Source: an uncultured Acidimicrobiia bacterium
GTDB taxonomy: Bacteria; Actinomycetota; Acidimicrobiia; Acidimicrobiales; AC-14
DNA: 64,000 bases
Assembly (NCBI GenBank): GCA_963836205.1
Contig: CAWIIV010000019.1
Coordinates: 42,042 to 106,041 of the forward strand
Reading direction: 5' to 3'
The position numbers were made by a program, and so were the translations under genes. This document shows, piece by piece, positions 50,819 through 62,536 of this stretch (within the stretch, counting starts at the first letter, position 1; each line of letters starts with the position of its first letter). Below the pieces are notes generated by a model. It searched no databases and was not told the origin of the DNA. It saw nothing but the letters and a program-made list of their open reading frames with translations.

Positions 50819-51052
50819 CTAGTTGCTGGCGATCGGGCCGTTGCCGGTGCGGCTGCTGCCGTACATACGGGCGATCGACTCCTGGTTGGCCTTGTTCGAG
50901 ACGCTCTCGCCGGTCGAACGGCCGGGCCACGGGCTGACGTCGTTGACCGTGAGCGTGCCGCCGGGGTAGTTGCTGATCCCGCCGGTGTAGGAGCCACCGA
51001 CCTGGGTGTCGAGGTTGGCGGGGTTCCTGGGCGTGCTGGCGATAACGGCCAT
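50819..51052 (-). CDS. Orphan 77-aa Ser/Gly/Asn/Thr-rich protein
   Basis: Purine-rich GGAAAAGAGA upstream, strong G/C third-position bias within a lower-GC region, TAG stop. No family recognised. Confidence 0.75.
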   Translation of the reverse strand: MAVIASTPRNPANLDTQVGGSYTGGISNYPGGTLTVNDVSPWPGRSTGESVSNKANQESIARMYGSSRTGNGPIASN

Positions 51053-51196
51053 GTGATTATCTCTTTTCCGTCGGGTCCTAATTGGCTCGACACAACGACC
51101 ATACCCGGGAATCGAGCCGAACTCTTCGGAAAAAACCCGGTCCTCGGATCGGAACCCATTGAGACCGGTCCTGACCTGCACGTCTACAGCTTTGTT

Positions 51197-51218
51197 GCTT
51201 GTGAAAAAAAACACAAGC
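51197..51218. promoter_or_regulatory. CRP/GlxR-like palindromic site
   Basis: GCTTGTG-A8-CACAAGC, containing TGTGA-N6-ACACA (one mismatch to TGTGA-N6-TCACA). Confidence 0.6.
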
Positions 51219-51285
51219 CTTCCGACCATGGAATTACAGGGCGCGATGTCCTGCTACCATCCGGGGAGAGTCTCGGACAGCTTCG

Positions 51286-53496
51286 CTACTCCGACCGGGG
51301 GGCCTTCTTTGCCGCCGGACTGGCCTTCTTGGCCGTCTTCGCCGTGGTCGGCCTGGACGCCGGGGCCGGAGGCGCATCGCTCGTGGCTGCCTCGGTTGCC
51401 CCTCGGGCCTTGCTGCCCGCCGGACCCTCGGGTCCCTCCGGGGTGGTGGCGGCCTTGGCCGCACCGCGGCGGGAGCGTGACCGCTTCGCCCCACCGACCG
51501 ACGGCATGTCGCGGCTCGGTGCGGACGCCGACGGCGGCGCCTTCTTGATCGTCGAGCGGCGGGGGCCGGACCGGGACGGCGCGCGCTCCTCGGCCGACGG
51601 GGTTGGGGCTGCGGACGATTCGGCGACCGGTTCGACCGTGGGCGGAGCGGATGATGTCGCCTTCCGAGATCGCTTCGCCGCCTTCGGGGCCGGCTCAGGT
51701 GCAGGCGGGGCGACCTCCGGTGCCGCCGGGGCGGTCCGGGCGGTCCGCTTGGAGGCCGCTCTGGTCGAGGGACGCTTCATCGCCGGACCGTCGCCCACGG
51801 GCGCGTCGGAGACCGCCGCCGTGCCCGGCGGTGCGGAGCCTGCCACATCGGCCGGCAAGGCGGGTGCCCGCGGTCTGGCGGTCCTCCGGGCCGCGACCGG
51901 CGGCCCGTCGGCCGACGGTGAGTCGGTAATCCGTGCGGAGACCGGCGGCCCATCGGCCGGCAGTGTGCCCGTCGGCGGTGAGTCGGCGGTGGGCCCTTCG
52001 ATGGACGCCGCCTCGGCCGCCGAGGCCGCCTTCTTCGTCGGTCGCCGCCGTGGCGCCTTGGCCGGCGGACTGGCCTCGGCGGGGACATCCGCCGGCGCCT
52101 CGGCCACCGGGGTCGCCTCGGCCGGGACATCCGCCGCCGGGATCGCCTTCTTCGTCGGCCGCCGTCGGGTCGCCTTCGCCGACGGGCTCGCATCGGCGGG
52201 GACGTCGGCCACGACATCCGCCGTGGCATCACCCGGCGCCTCGGATGCAGCCGGGTCCTCGGCAACGACCTCGACCGGCTCGGCCGCCTTCTTCGACGCC
52301 GCCCGCCGGGATCGCTTCGCCGGCGCCGGTGCCGGTGTCTCGCCGTCGGCGGCTCCCATGTCGACCTCGGCGGTGGCAGCCGCCACCGTCGTCGATGCCC
52401 GCTTCCTGGTCCGGCGGGCGGGGGCGGGTGTGGGCTCGGGGGCGACCACCTCGACCTCGGGCACGGCCGCGGCCTCCTCCGAGACCTTCGCCCGCCGACG
52501 GGTCCGCGCCGCCGGCGGGGACTCCTCGATCTCCTCGATCTCGGCCTCGACCGTCTCGTCCCGCGGCTTGCCCGCCAACCGGGCCAGCCCCGGCAGGGCC
52601 AGCTCGATGCCCCGGCGGGGAGGGTCGAGGGCCTGGACGACGAACGTGCGGGTCTCGCCCCGGGTCAACACCTCCTTCGCACTCCGGGGCGGCGGGTCGC
52701 CCAGCCCGACCACCGGCGCATAGCACCGGGCCCCGTCGGCGTTCACGAACGCCCCGTGGGACGTGAAGCTGTCGACCACGCCCTCGACCTCGCTCCCCAG
52801 CCGGTGGTTGGCGATGAAGGTGATGAACGGCAGCGGGTCGTTCACCGCCTCGGGCGACGGTGCCACCGACACCGAACCCGACGCCGAGCCCGACCCCGAG
52901 CCCGCGCCCCGCTTCCGGCCCCCCCGCCGGGTGCCCCCCGGCGCGGCCGGCTCGATGGCCTCGGCGGTGGCCTCCGCGATCGCCTCCGCCACCGGCTCTT
53001 CCTTCTTGGTCGTCCGTCGCTTGGCCCGCTCCGCGTCGCGTACCGCGACCCGGCTCTTGGGACCTCGCACCGGCGTGCGGGGCGTGAAGATCCACCCCAC
53101 GCCCGGCACCGGCTTGCCACCGATGAGCCGGCCCTCCTCGAAGAGCCACTTGTAGTCGCCGTGGAACTCCTGGAAGGAGTCGTTCGAGAGCACCACCGCC
53201 CCGGTGCGGTCGGCGATCCGCAGCAGGAACCCGTCGCCCCGGCCGATGGCGCCCGCCGGCGGCGACACGATCTCGCCCGCCTCCTCCGCCTCCTCCAGGA
53301 TCCTCCGCTCCGACTCGTCGATGCGATAGCTGAACGACGCGTCGACCACGACGATGATGTCGTCGTCCTCGTGCTCCTCCCGGAAGGCACGGACGGCTTC
53401 GTCCAACTGGGCCAGGCTCGGGAGGGACCGACCCTCGGTCGCGAGGTTGGAGCCGTCGACGACGACGCGCTGTCTCGTCCCTTTGTCTGCTGTCAC
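51286..53496 (-). CDS. NYN/PIN-like ribonuclease plus S1 domain plus long disordered tail
   Basis: VVVDGSN, VVVDAS, GRGDGFLL, VLSNDSFQEF (NYN); GSEVEGVVDSF.SHGAFV...GET.TFVV..LD..RRGIELA (S1); Ala/Pro/Arg/Lys-rich tail. Confidence 0.85.
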   Translation of the reverse strand: MTADKGTRQRVVVDGSNLATEGRSLPSLAQLDEAVRAFREEHEDDDIIVVVDASFSYRIDESERRILEEAEEAGEIVSPPAGAIGRGDGFLLRIADRTGAVVLSNDSFQEFHGDYKWLFEEGRLIGGKPVPGVGWIFTPRTPVRGPKSRVAVRDAERAKRRTTKKEEPVAEAIAEATAEAIEPAAPGGTRRGGRKRGAGSGSGSASGSVSVAPSPEAVNDPLPFITFIANHRLGSEVEGVVDSFTSHGAFVNADGARCYAPVVGLGDPPPRSAKEVLTRGETRTFVVQALDPPRRGIELALPGLARLAGKPRDETVEAEIEEIEESPPAARTRRRAKVSEEAAAVPEVEVVAPEPTPAPARRTRKRASTTVAAATAEVDMGAADGETPAPAPAKRSRRAASKKAAEPVEVVAEDPAASEAPGDATADVVADVPADASPSAKATRRRPTKKAIPAADVPAEATPVAEAPADVPAEASPPAKAPRRRPTKKAASAAEAASIEGPTADSPPTGTLPADGPPVSARITDSPSADGPPVAARRTARPRAPALPADVAGSAPPGTAAVSDAPVGDGPAMKRPSTRAASKRTARTAPAAPEVAPPAPEPAPKAAKRSRKATSSAPPTVEPVAESSAAPTPSAEERAPSRSGPRRSTIKKAPPSASAPSRDMPSVGGAKRSRSRRGAAKAATTPEGPEGPAGSKARGATEAATSDAPPAPASRPTTAKTAKKASPAAKKAPRSE

Positions 53497-53575
53497 GGTA
53501 CGCCTGCGGTCACGGTGCGCTCAGTCAAGCATCCGTACGCAAGTCCGACGGTGATCCACTCCTCAGGCGACCCGA

Positions 53576-57292
<3,717 letters not shown>

Positions 57293-57390
57293 TACGTCGA
57301 CCCCTCGCTCTCCGGGTGCCGCATCGCGGTTTCGACTTCCACCGGTCCAGTGCCCACAGCCCGATTCTACCGGCGGGTAGCGTCGTGCCC

Positions 57391-58983
57391 GTGGCTTCGG
57401 AACCTCAGAGCGCCGGATATCAGGTCGGCGACGTCATCGACGATCGCTACGAGTTGGTGGTCCCCATCAGCTCCGGCGGCATGGGTGTCGTGTGGCGGGC
57501 CCGCGACCTGCTGGAGGAGGCGGAGGTGGCGGTCAAGGAGATCCGCTTCCCCGCCGTCCTCGAGGAGGCGGCCCGCGCCGCCCTCACCGAGAAGCTCCTG
57601 GCCGAGGCCCGCATCCTCCAGACGCTCGAGCACCCGGGGTTGGTGCGGGTCGTCGACGTCCTGGAGACCCACGACCCCCCGCTGATCGTCACCGAGCTGG
57701 TGGAGGGGCCCACCCTGGGCGGGCTGGTCGCCTCCGACGGGCCGATGTCGCCCGAGCGGGTGGCGGTGGTGGGCATGGCCGCGGTCGAGGCCCTGGCCGC
57801 CTGCTCCGCCGCCGGACTGTCGCACCGGTTCGTGCGCCCGGCGCGGATCCTCCTGCCCTACGACGGGCCCGTGCGCCTGGCCGATTTCGGCGTGGCCGCC
57901 CTCATCGGCGACCCCGATGTCACCGCCACCGGCTCGGTGGGCGAATCGGCCGGCTACCTGGCCCCCGAACACCGGTCGGTCGCTGCCGGAAGCGTCCCGG
58001 CCGACCTGTGGGCCCTCGGCGTCACCCTGTACACCGCGGTCGAGGGCGAGGCCCCCTTCAAGGGCGACTCCACCAAGGCCACCCTGGCCGCCATCGCCAA
58101 CGAGTCGCCCCGTCCCGTCGAGCGGGCCGGCCGCCTGGCCCCCGTGTTGCAAGCCCTGCTGGCCAAGGCGCCCGAGGAACGTCCCGACCACGCCCGCTTG
58201 CGGGAGATGCTGAGCGCGGTGGCGCTGGTGTCGGTCGGCGCGCCGTCGGTGCCCCTCGACCCGGCCGAGGCGCTCGACCGGATGTTCCACCGCGACCCCG
58301 ACGTGCCCCAGGTCCACCTCGTCCCGCCCGACCTCGGCGAGATCCACGAACCGGAGCCGGTCGAGCTCGACGACGACGGGGAGCCGATCCGCAAGCCCCG
58401 CCCGCTGCCCACTCCCCCGCCCAAGCGCGACCTCCGCGCCCACATCTGGACCATCGTCTGCGCGGTGTCGATCGTCGGCATCCTGGGCAGCCTGCTGGCC
58501 GCCGGCGGGCACAAGGCGGTCGTCCGCAAGAAGGCCACCGAGCTGGCGGTGCAGTGGAACACCTACAAGGACGAGACCGCCGGCTACTCCATCGACCATC
58601 CCGGCGCCTGGACCGTCTCCCACGAAGGCAACCTCACCGACTTCCGTGACGAGAACACGGGCGCCGCCCTCCGGGTCGGCTACCAGCAGCCCCCCCAGAA
58701 CACACCCCTGGGCCTGTGGTTGCAGCTGGAGGAGGAGTTCAAGGCCGAGCACCCCTCCTACCAGCGGGTGCAGCTGAGCCAGAGCATCCACGACGGCTAT
58801 CCGGCCGCCGTCTGGGAGTTCACGTGGACCGACAACGACGTCGACCTCCACAACTACGACCTGTCCTTCGTCACCGGCCCCCAGTCCTACGCCCTCAACT
58901 TCCAGACCAAGGAAGCCGACTGGCTCGCCCTCCGCCCCACCTTCGACCGCTTCGTCGAAGGCTTCCAAGAGCCCCAGCCCTAA
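57391..58983 (+). CDS. Membrane Hanks-type Ser/Thr kinase-like protein, probably a pseudokinase
   Basis: GGMG.VW, VAVK, HP.LV.V.D, DFG and APE are present; the catalytic loop reads HRFVRPAR. One TM segment and a PsbP-like extracellular domain follow. Confidence 0.88.
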   Translation: MASEPQSAGYQVGDVIDDRYELVVPISSGGMGVVWRARDLLEEAEVAVKEIRFPAVLEEAARAALTEKLLAEARILQTLEHPGLVRVVDVLETHDPPLIVTELVEGPTLGGLVASDGPMSPERVAVVGMAAVEALAACSAAGLSHRFVRPARILLPYDGPVRLADFGVAALIGDPDVTATGSVGESAGYLAPEHRSVAAGSVPADLWALGVTLYTAVEGEAPFKGDSTKATLAAIANESPRPVERAGRLAPVLQALLAKAPEERPDHARLREMLSAVALVSVGAPSVPLDPAEALDRMFHRDPDVPQVHLVPPDLGEIHEPEPVELDDDGEPIRKPRPLPTPPPKRDLRAHIWTIVCAVSIVGILGSLLAAGGHKAVVRKKATELAVQWNTYKDETAGYSIDHPGAWTVSHEGNLTDFRDENTGAALRVGYQQPPQNTPLGLWLQLEEEFKAEHPSYQRVQLSQSIHDGYPAAVWEFTWTDNDVDLHNYDLSFVTGPQSYALNFQTKEADWLALRPTFDRFVEGFQEPQP

Positions 58984-58984
58984 C

Positions 58985-59235
58985 CCAGCCCGGGTCCATC
59001 ACGACCGAGTCCGGCGGAGTCGGCGCACGTGAGGGAGCGCAGCGAGGCCGGCGCGGCCTGTGCCTCACGCCAGGCAGGTGCGCCGGCCACGCAAGCGGCG
59101 AAGCCGCCCCCCAGTGGCTGGCGCCGCACGCGGCCGAAGGCCGCCCCGGGGGGAGGTTCGGAGGGGGGCCCGCCCCCCTCTGAAAGAGTCGTCGGGGCTG
59201 GGGTGCACGGCGGACGCACCCCGGGCCCCGACGAG
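58985..59235. repeat. Highly palindromic intergenic element (REP/MITE-like)
   Basis: Hairpins GGCCGGCGC...GCGCCGGCC, GCGGCGAAGCCGC, CGGCCGAAGGCCG and GAGGGGGG-CCCG-CCCCCCTC. Confidence 0.5.
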
Positions 59236-59335
59236 GGTCTGTTATGACGGAATTCGGCCCGCCCGTCAAGGTCCCGGACGCCTGGCCGACCAATTTCCAG
59301 TCAACCTCGGGGCTTCGCATGCCGATAGGGCCAAT

Positions 59336-59560
59336 ATGACGACGCAGACGACCTTCACCAGCAGGGCCGTGGTCCGAACCGTCGAGGCCGGCAACTCCGC
59401 GGTCTGTACCTGGTGCGGTGAGCCGGTGAAGTTCAAGGCCAAGCTCCGCCTCCTGCAAGTGATTGCCAACGTGTACGTCGACGGCGCCTGGAACCGGGTT
59501 GAGCATTTCCACCACAACTGTTACGACGACGCCGGTCGGCCCTATGGCAGCGCCGACTGA
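59336..59560 (+). CDS. Small putative zinc-binding protein
   Basis: CTWC...HFHHNCY; coding-like codon usage. Confidence 0.75.
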   Translation: MTTQTTFTSRAVVRTVEAGNSAVCTWCGEPVKFKAKLRLLQVIANVYVDGAWNRVEHFHHNCYDDAGRPYGSAD

Positions 59561-59633
59561 CGTCGACCCGGTTCCAGCTGCCGTCGTCTGAGCGTCGTCA
59601 GCGCCGGCGGCCTCGTCAGTTCAGGCGGCCTCG

Positions 59634-60284
59634 TCAGCTGCGGGCGGCCAGCGCCTCCTGGACGTAGCCCCAGAGCACGTGGGTGGCGGACGCCTGCGTC
59701 TCCTGCACCCGGTGCACGCTCTGCGATAGCACGATCACGCAGTGCTGGACGTTGGGGTCGACTCCCATCCGCCCGCCGTCGATGCCGGCGAAGCCGATGG
59801 TGAGCAGTCCCCGCTTGCGGGCCTCGGCGAAGGCCACCAGCAGGTTCTCCGAGTTGCCGCTCGTCGAGTACCCGAGGGCCATGTCGCCCGCCCGGGCGTG
59901 GGCGATGATCTGCCGGGAGAACACCTTGTCGTAGCCCACGTCGTTGCCCAGGGCGGTGATGACGGCCCGGTCCTCCACCAGCGAACGGGCGGGAAGGGCC
60001 TTCCCCGAAGGCGGGCGGGTGTAGAGCTGGGCCACCCCGTCGGCGTCGGTGGCACTGCCACCGTTGCCGAAGGCGAACAGCCGGCCGCCGGCCGCGAACC
60101 GCTCGGCCATGAGGCCGGCGATCATCCGCAACTGCTCCTCGACCCGGGCCAGGGTGACCACCTTCAGCTCGGTGCTCACCGCCCACTTCTCCTCCGCCGA
60201 CTGGGCCAGGTCGACCAGCAGGGAGGTGGCATCGGTCTCGTCGCCCTCGATGAAGGGGTAGAGGAAGTCGGTGGTCTCCTTCAT
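59634..60284 (-). CDS. SIS-domain GmhA-like (sedoheptulose-7-phosphate isomerase family) protein
   Basis: FGNGGSATDA, TALGND.G...VF.RQ, STSGNSEN, VHRVQE; N-terminal TDFLYPFIE. Confidence 0.88.
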   Translation of the reverse strand: MKETTDFLYPFIEGDETDATSLLVDLAQSAEEKWAVSTELKVVTLARVEEQLRMIAGLMAERFAAGGRLFAFGNGGSATDADGVAQLYTRPPSGKALPARSLVEDRAVITALGNDVGYDKVFSRQIIAHARAGDMALGYSTSGNSENLLVAFAEARKRGLLTIGFAGIDGGRMGVDPNVQHCVIVLSQSVHRVQETQASATHVLWGYVQEALAARS

Positions 60285-60294
60285 CGGCCAGACC

Positions 60295-60996
60295 TCATCG
60301 GATGGCGAAGCCGGCGTGGACGAGGACGAGGTCGCCCGGCCGGGGCGGGTCGATCAGGGAGACGTCGATGCGCTCCTCGACGCCGAGGGCCTTGACCACC
60401 GCCTCATCCCCGTCGACCGAGACCACCTCGGTGAGCCGGCCCTCGTCGGAGCAGGTTATGCACACCTCCTCGGTGCACACCACTTCCTTCGCGTCGCCCT
60501 TGAGCAATCCCGGGTGCTCGAACACCACGTGGGTGAGCTCCCACAGCAGGTGATAGATGCGCACGAAGCACTCCGACGCCTCCAGCGGGTCGTCGGTGTC
60601 GAGCCAGATGATGTGGTCGGACGAGCCCGAGCGGGGACGGTCGGGGCCGGCACCGATCCACACCGTCTCCACGCCCCAGGCCTCGCCCCGGCGCATGGCG
60701 TCGACGATCTGGGGGTCGTCGCTGTCGGCCAGGGCCACCACGATGTCGCCGGGACGGACGTTGGCCCGCAATGTGGCCACCACATCGGCCCCGATGGGGA
60801 CGGTGACCGCGGCCAGCGCCCGCTTGCCCACGATCACGGGGTGGACGAACTCCACGGCCACGTGAGAGGCGTGGAAGGGCCAACTCGGCGAGGTGCACCA
60901 CATGGTGGCCCCGGAGTTGAAGCGGCGGGCCAGGGCGAGCGACGCCCGTCCCATGTCTTCGGCAACAGCGGCGATCTCGGTCATCCGATGGCCCAT
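60295..60996 (-). CDS. Degenerate SIS domain fused to HypC/HupF
   Basis: HASHVAVEFVHPVIVGKRAL.A, YHLLWELTHV.FEHPGL; C-terminal CITCSDEG...DVSLI....PGDLVLVHAGFAI. Confidence 0.85.
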   Translation of the reverse strand: MGHRMTEIAAVAEDMGRASLALARRFNSGATMWCTSPSWPFHASHVAVEFVHPVIVGKRALAAVTVPIGADVVATLRANVRPGDIVVALADSDDPQIVDAMRRGEAWGVETVWIGAGPDRPRSGSSDHIIWLDTDDPLEASECFVRIYHLLWELTHVVFEHPGLLKGDAKEVVCTEEVCITCSDEGRLTEVVSVDGDEAVVKALGVEERIDVSLIDPPRPGDLVLVHAGFAIR

Positions 60997-61014
60997 CCTA
61001 CGCCCCGCTCCCGG

Positions 61015-61683
61015 CTATGCCTTGCGGCCCACGACCAGGTGGTGGGGGTGGGGGTAGCCCTTGTGGAGGGGCCGATGGGTGGCCACCAGGCCGTCGTCAG
61101 CCATCCACGCCGCCAGCTGGGGCGGCGGGAGGAACACGAAGCCGCCCCCGCCCTCGGTGATGCACAGGACGCGGACGGCGACCGTCTCCTGGACCCGGTT
61201 CCACGTCGCCTTCCACCCCGGCGACGGCGCCATCTCCTTCACCACCAGCACCCCGCCGGGGGCGAGGGCGACCGCGCAGTCCCGGAGGAGCCGGCGCTGG
61301 TCGTCCTCGGTGAGCAGGTAGAGGACGTCGACGATGGCGATCGCGTCCCACGGCCCGTCGGGCAGACGGTCGGGGTCGGAGACGGAGAACGTGGCCCCCG
61401 ACCTGGTGCCCACCCGGCGGGCGGCGTCGATCTTGGGGCCGTCGATGTCGACCCCGTGGACCTCCCGGTCGGGCGACTCCAGGGCCAGGTAGTTGGCCAG
61501 CAGGCCGTGGCCGCAGCCGACTTCGAGCACCCGGCCGGAGGTCGGGATGGCGGCCGCCACTGCCCGCAGGGGACAGGTCGCCCACCGCAGGCGCACGTGG
61601 GCCGCAACCGAGACGGGTACGGGCGGGTAGAGGCGGAGCACGTCCCGGGCGGGGCTGACGGCGACCGACCTGGCGTTGGCCAT
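61015..61683 (-). CDS. Class I SAM-dependent methyltransferase
   Basis: VLEVGCGHG, GVDID, DVLYLL, LAPGGVLVVKE. Confidence 0.9.
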   Translation of the reverse strand: MANARSVAVSPARDVLRLYPPVPVSVAAHVRLRWATCPLRAVAAAIPTSGRVLEVGCGHGLLANYLALESPDREVHGVDIDGPKIDAARRVGTRSGATFSVSDPDRLPDGPWDAIAIVDVLYLLTEDDQRRLLRDCAVALAPGGVLVVKEMAPSPGWKATWNRVQETVAVRVLCITEGGGGFVFLPPPQLAAWMADDGLVATHRPLHKGYPHPHHLVVGRKA

Positions 61684-61696
61684 GGTGTCGGCAGCC

Positions 61697-62536
61697 TCAG
61701 TCCAGGTGGGCGAGGTCGGCGTACGTGGCCAGGGTGAACCCGTAGTCGACGACGAGGTCACGGGCGCCGGGCGCGGCCAGGGCGGCCAGCTCGTCCTCCC
61801 ACCGGTAACCCCATTCGTACCGGGCCCGATCGGCGTCGTCACCTTCTCCCGGATGCGCCGTGAGCTCGATCGACTGCCGCGTGCCCGCGGCCAGCCGGGC
61901 CAGGACCTTGGGTAGGCGCTCGTCGTCGAGACGGCCGGCGCACTCGATGCCCACCGCGTCCTCCGGATAACGGAGGCCGGCGGCCGCCGCCCGGCGGGCC
62001 AGGCGGCGGCCGAGGACGGTGACGCCGATGCCGGCGGGCGTCACCGACCGGAACCGGGGCACCCGCACCGCCGGGATCCGGTAGTGGCGGGCCAGCTCCA
62101 GGACCACACCGCACACGAGGGGCCAAAGGTGGATGTGCTGGTGGGCGTCGAGGTGGGTGATGGGGACGCCGAGCTCCTGCACCATCTCCAGCTGGGCGGT
62201 GAACTCCCGCCTCAGGTCCTCGGGGTCGACCCGACCGGCAACGGCCCGGACGATGAAGCCCTTGTAACCGGGGCTCAGGTGACCACTGGAGTCGAGGAGC
62301 GTGGGGATCTCGGCCGCGGTGAGCAGGGGCGGGTCCTCCCCTACCGCGGCCAGGTGCACGCCGACGCCCAGGGCCGGCTCGTCGGCCAGCCACTTCGCGA
62401 CCTTGGGGTAGGCGGGGCCGATGGCGAGGGCCGACGTGCTGGTGACGATCCCCGTGCGGTGGGCGGCGAGGATGCCCCGGGAGATGCCCTCGGTGAGCCC
62501 GAAGTCGTCGGCGTTGACGATGAGGAGCCGGTTCAC
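61697..62536 (-). CDS. ChbG/HpnK (YdjC) family carbohydrate deacetylase
   Basis: LIVNADDFG, GVHL, THLDAHQHIH, ELTAHPG, EL.AL. Confidence 0.92.
   Translation of the reverse strand: MNRLLIVNADDFGLTEGISRGILAAHRTGIVTSTSALAIGPAYPKVAKWLADEPALGVGVHLAAVGEDPPLLTAAEIPTLLDSSGHLSPGYKGFIVRAVAGRVDPEDLRREFTAQLEMVQELGVPITHLDAHQHIHLWPLVCGVVLELARHYRIPAVRVPRFRSVTPAGIGVTVLGRRLARRAAAAGLRYPEDAVGIECAGRLDDERLPKVLARLAAGTRQSIELTAHPGEGDDADRARYEWGYRWEDELAALAAPGARDLVVDYGFTLATYADLAHLD

Noticed and set aside
50700-50821. Pyrrolysine or amber read-through of the small ORF
   Set aside because: The in-frame continuation has non-coding codon usage and no pyl genes are visible.
50650-51280. tmRNA, RNase P RNA or a known riboswitch
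   Set aside because: No tRNA-like ends, tag peptide, GAGGAAAGUCC motif or aptamer consensus recognised; the core is better explained as coding.
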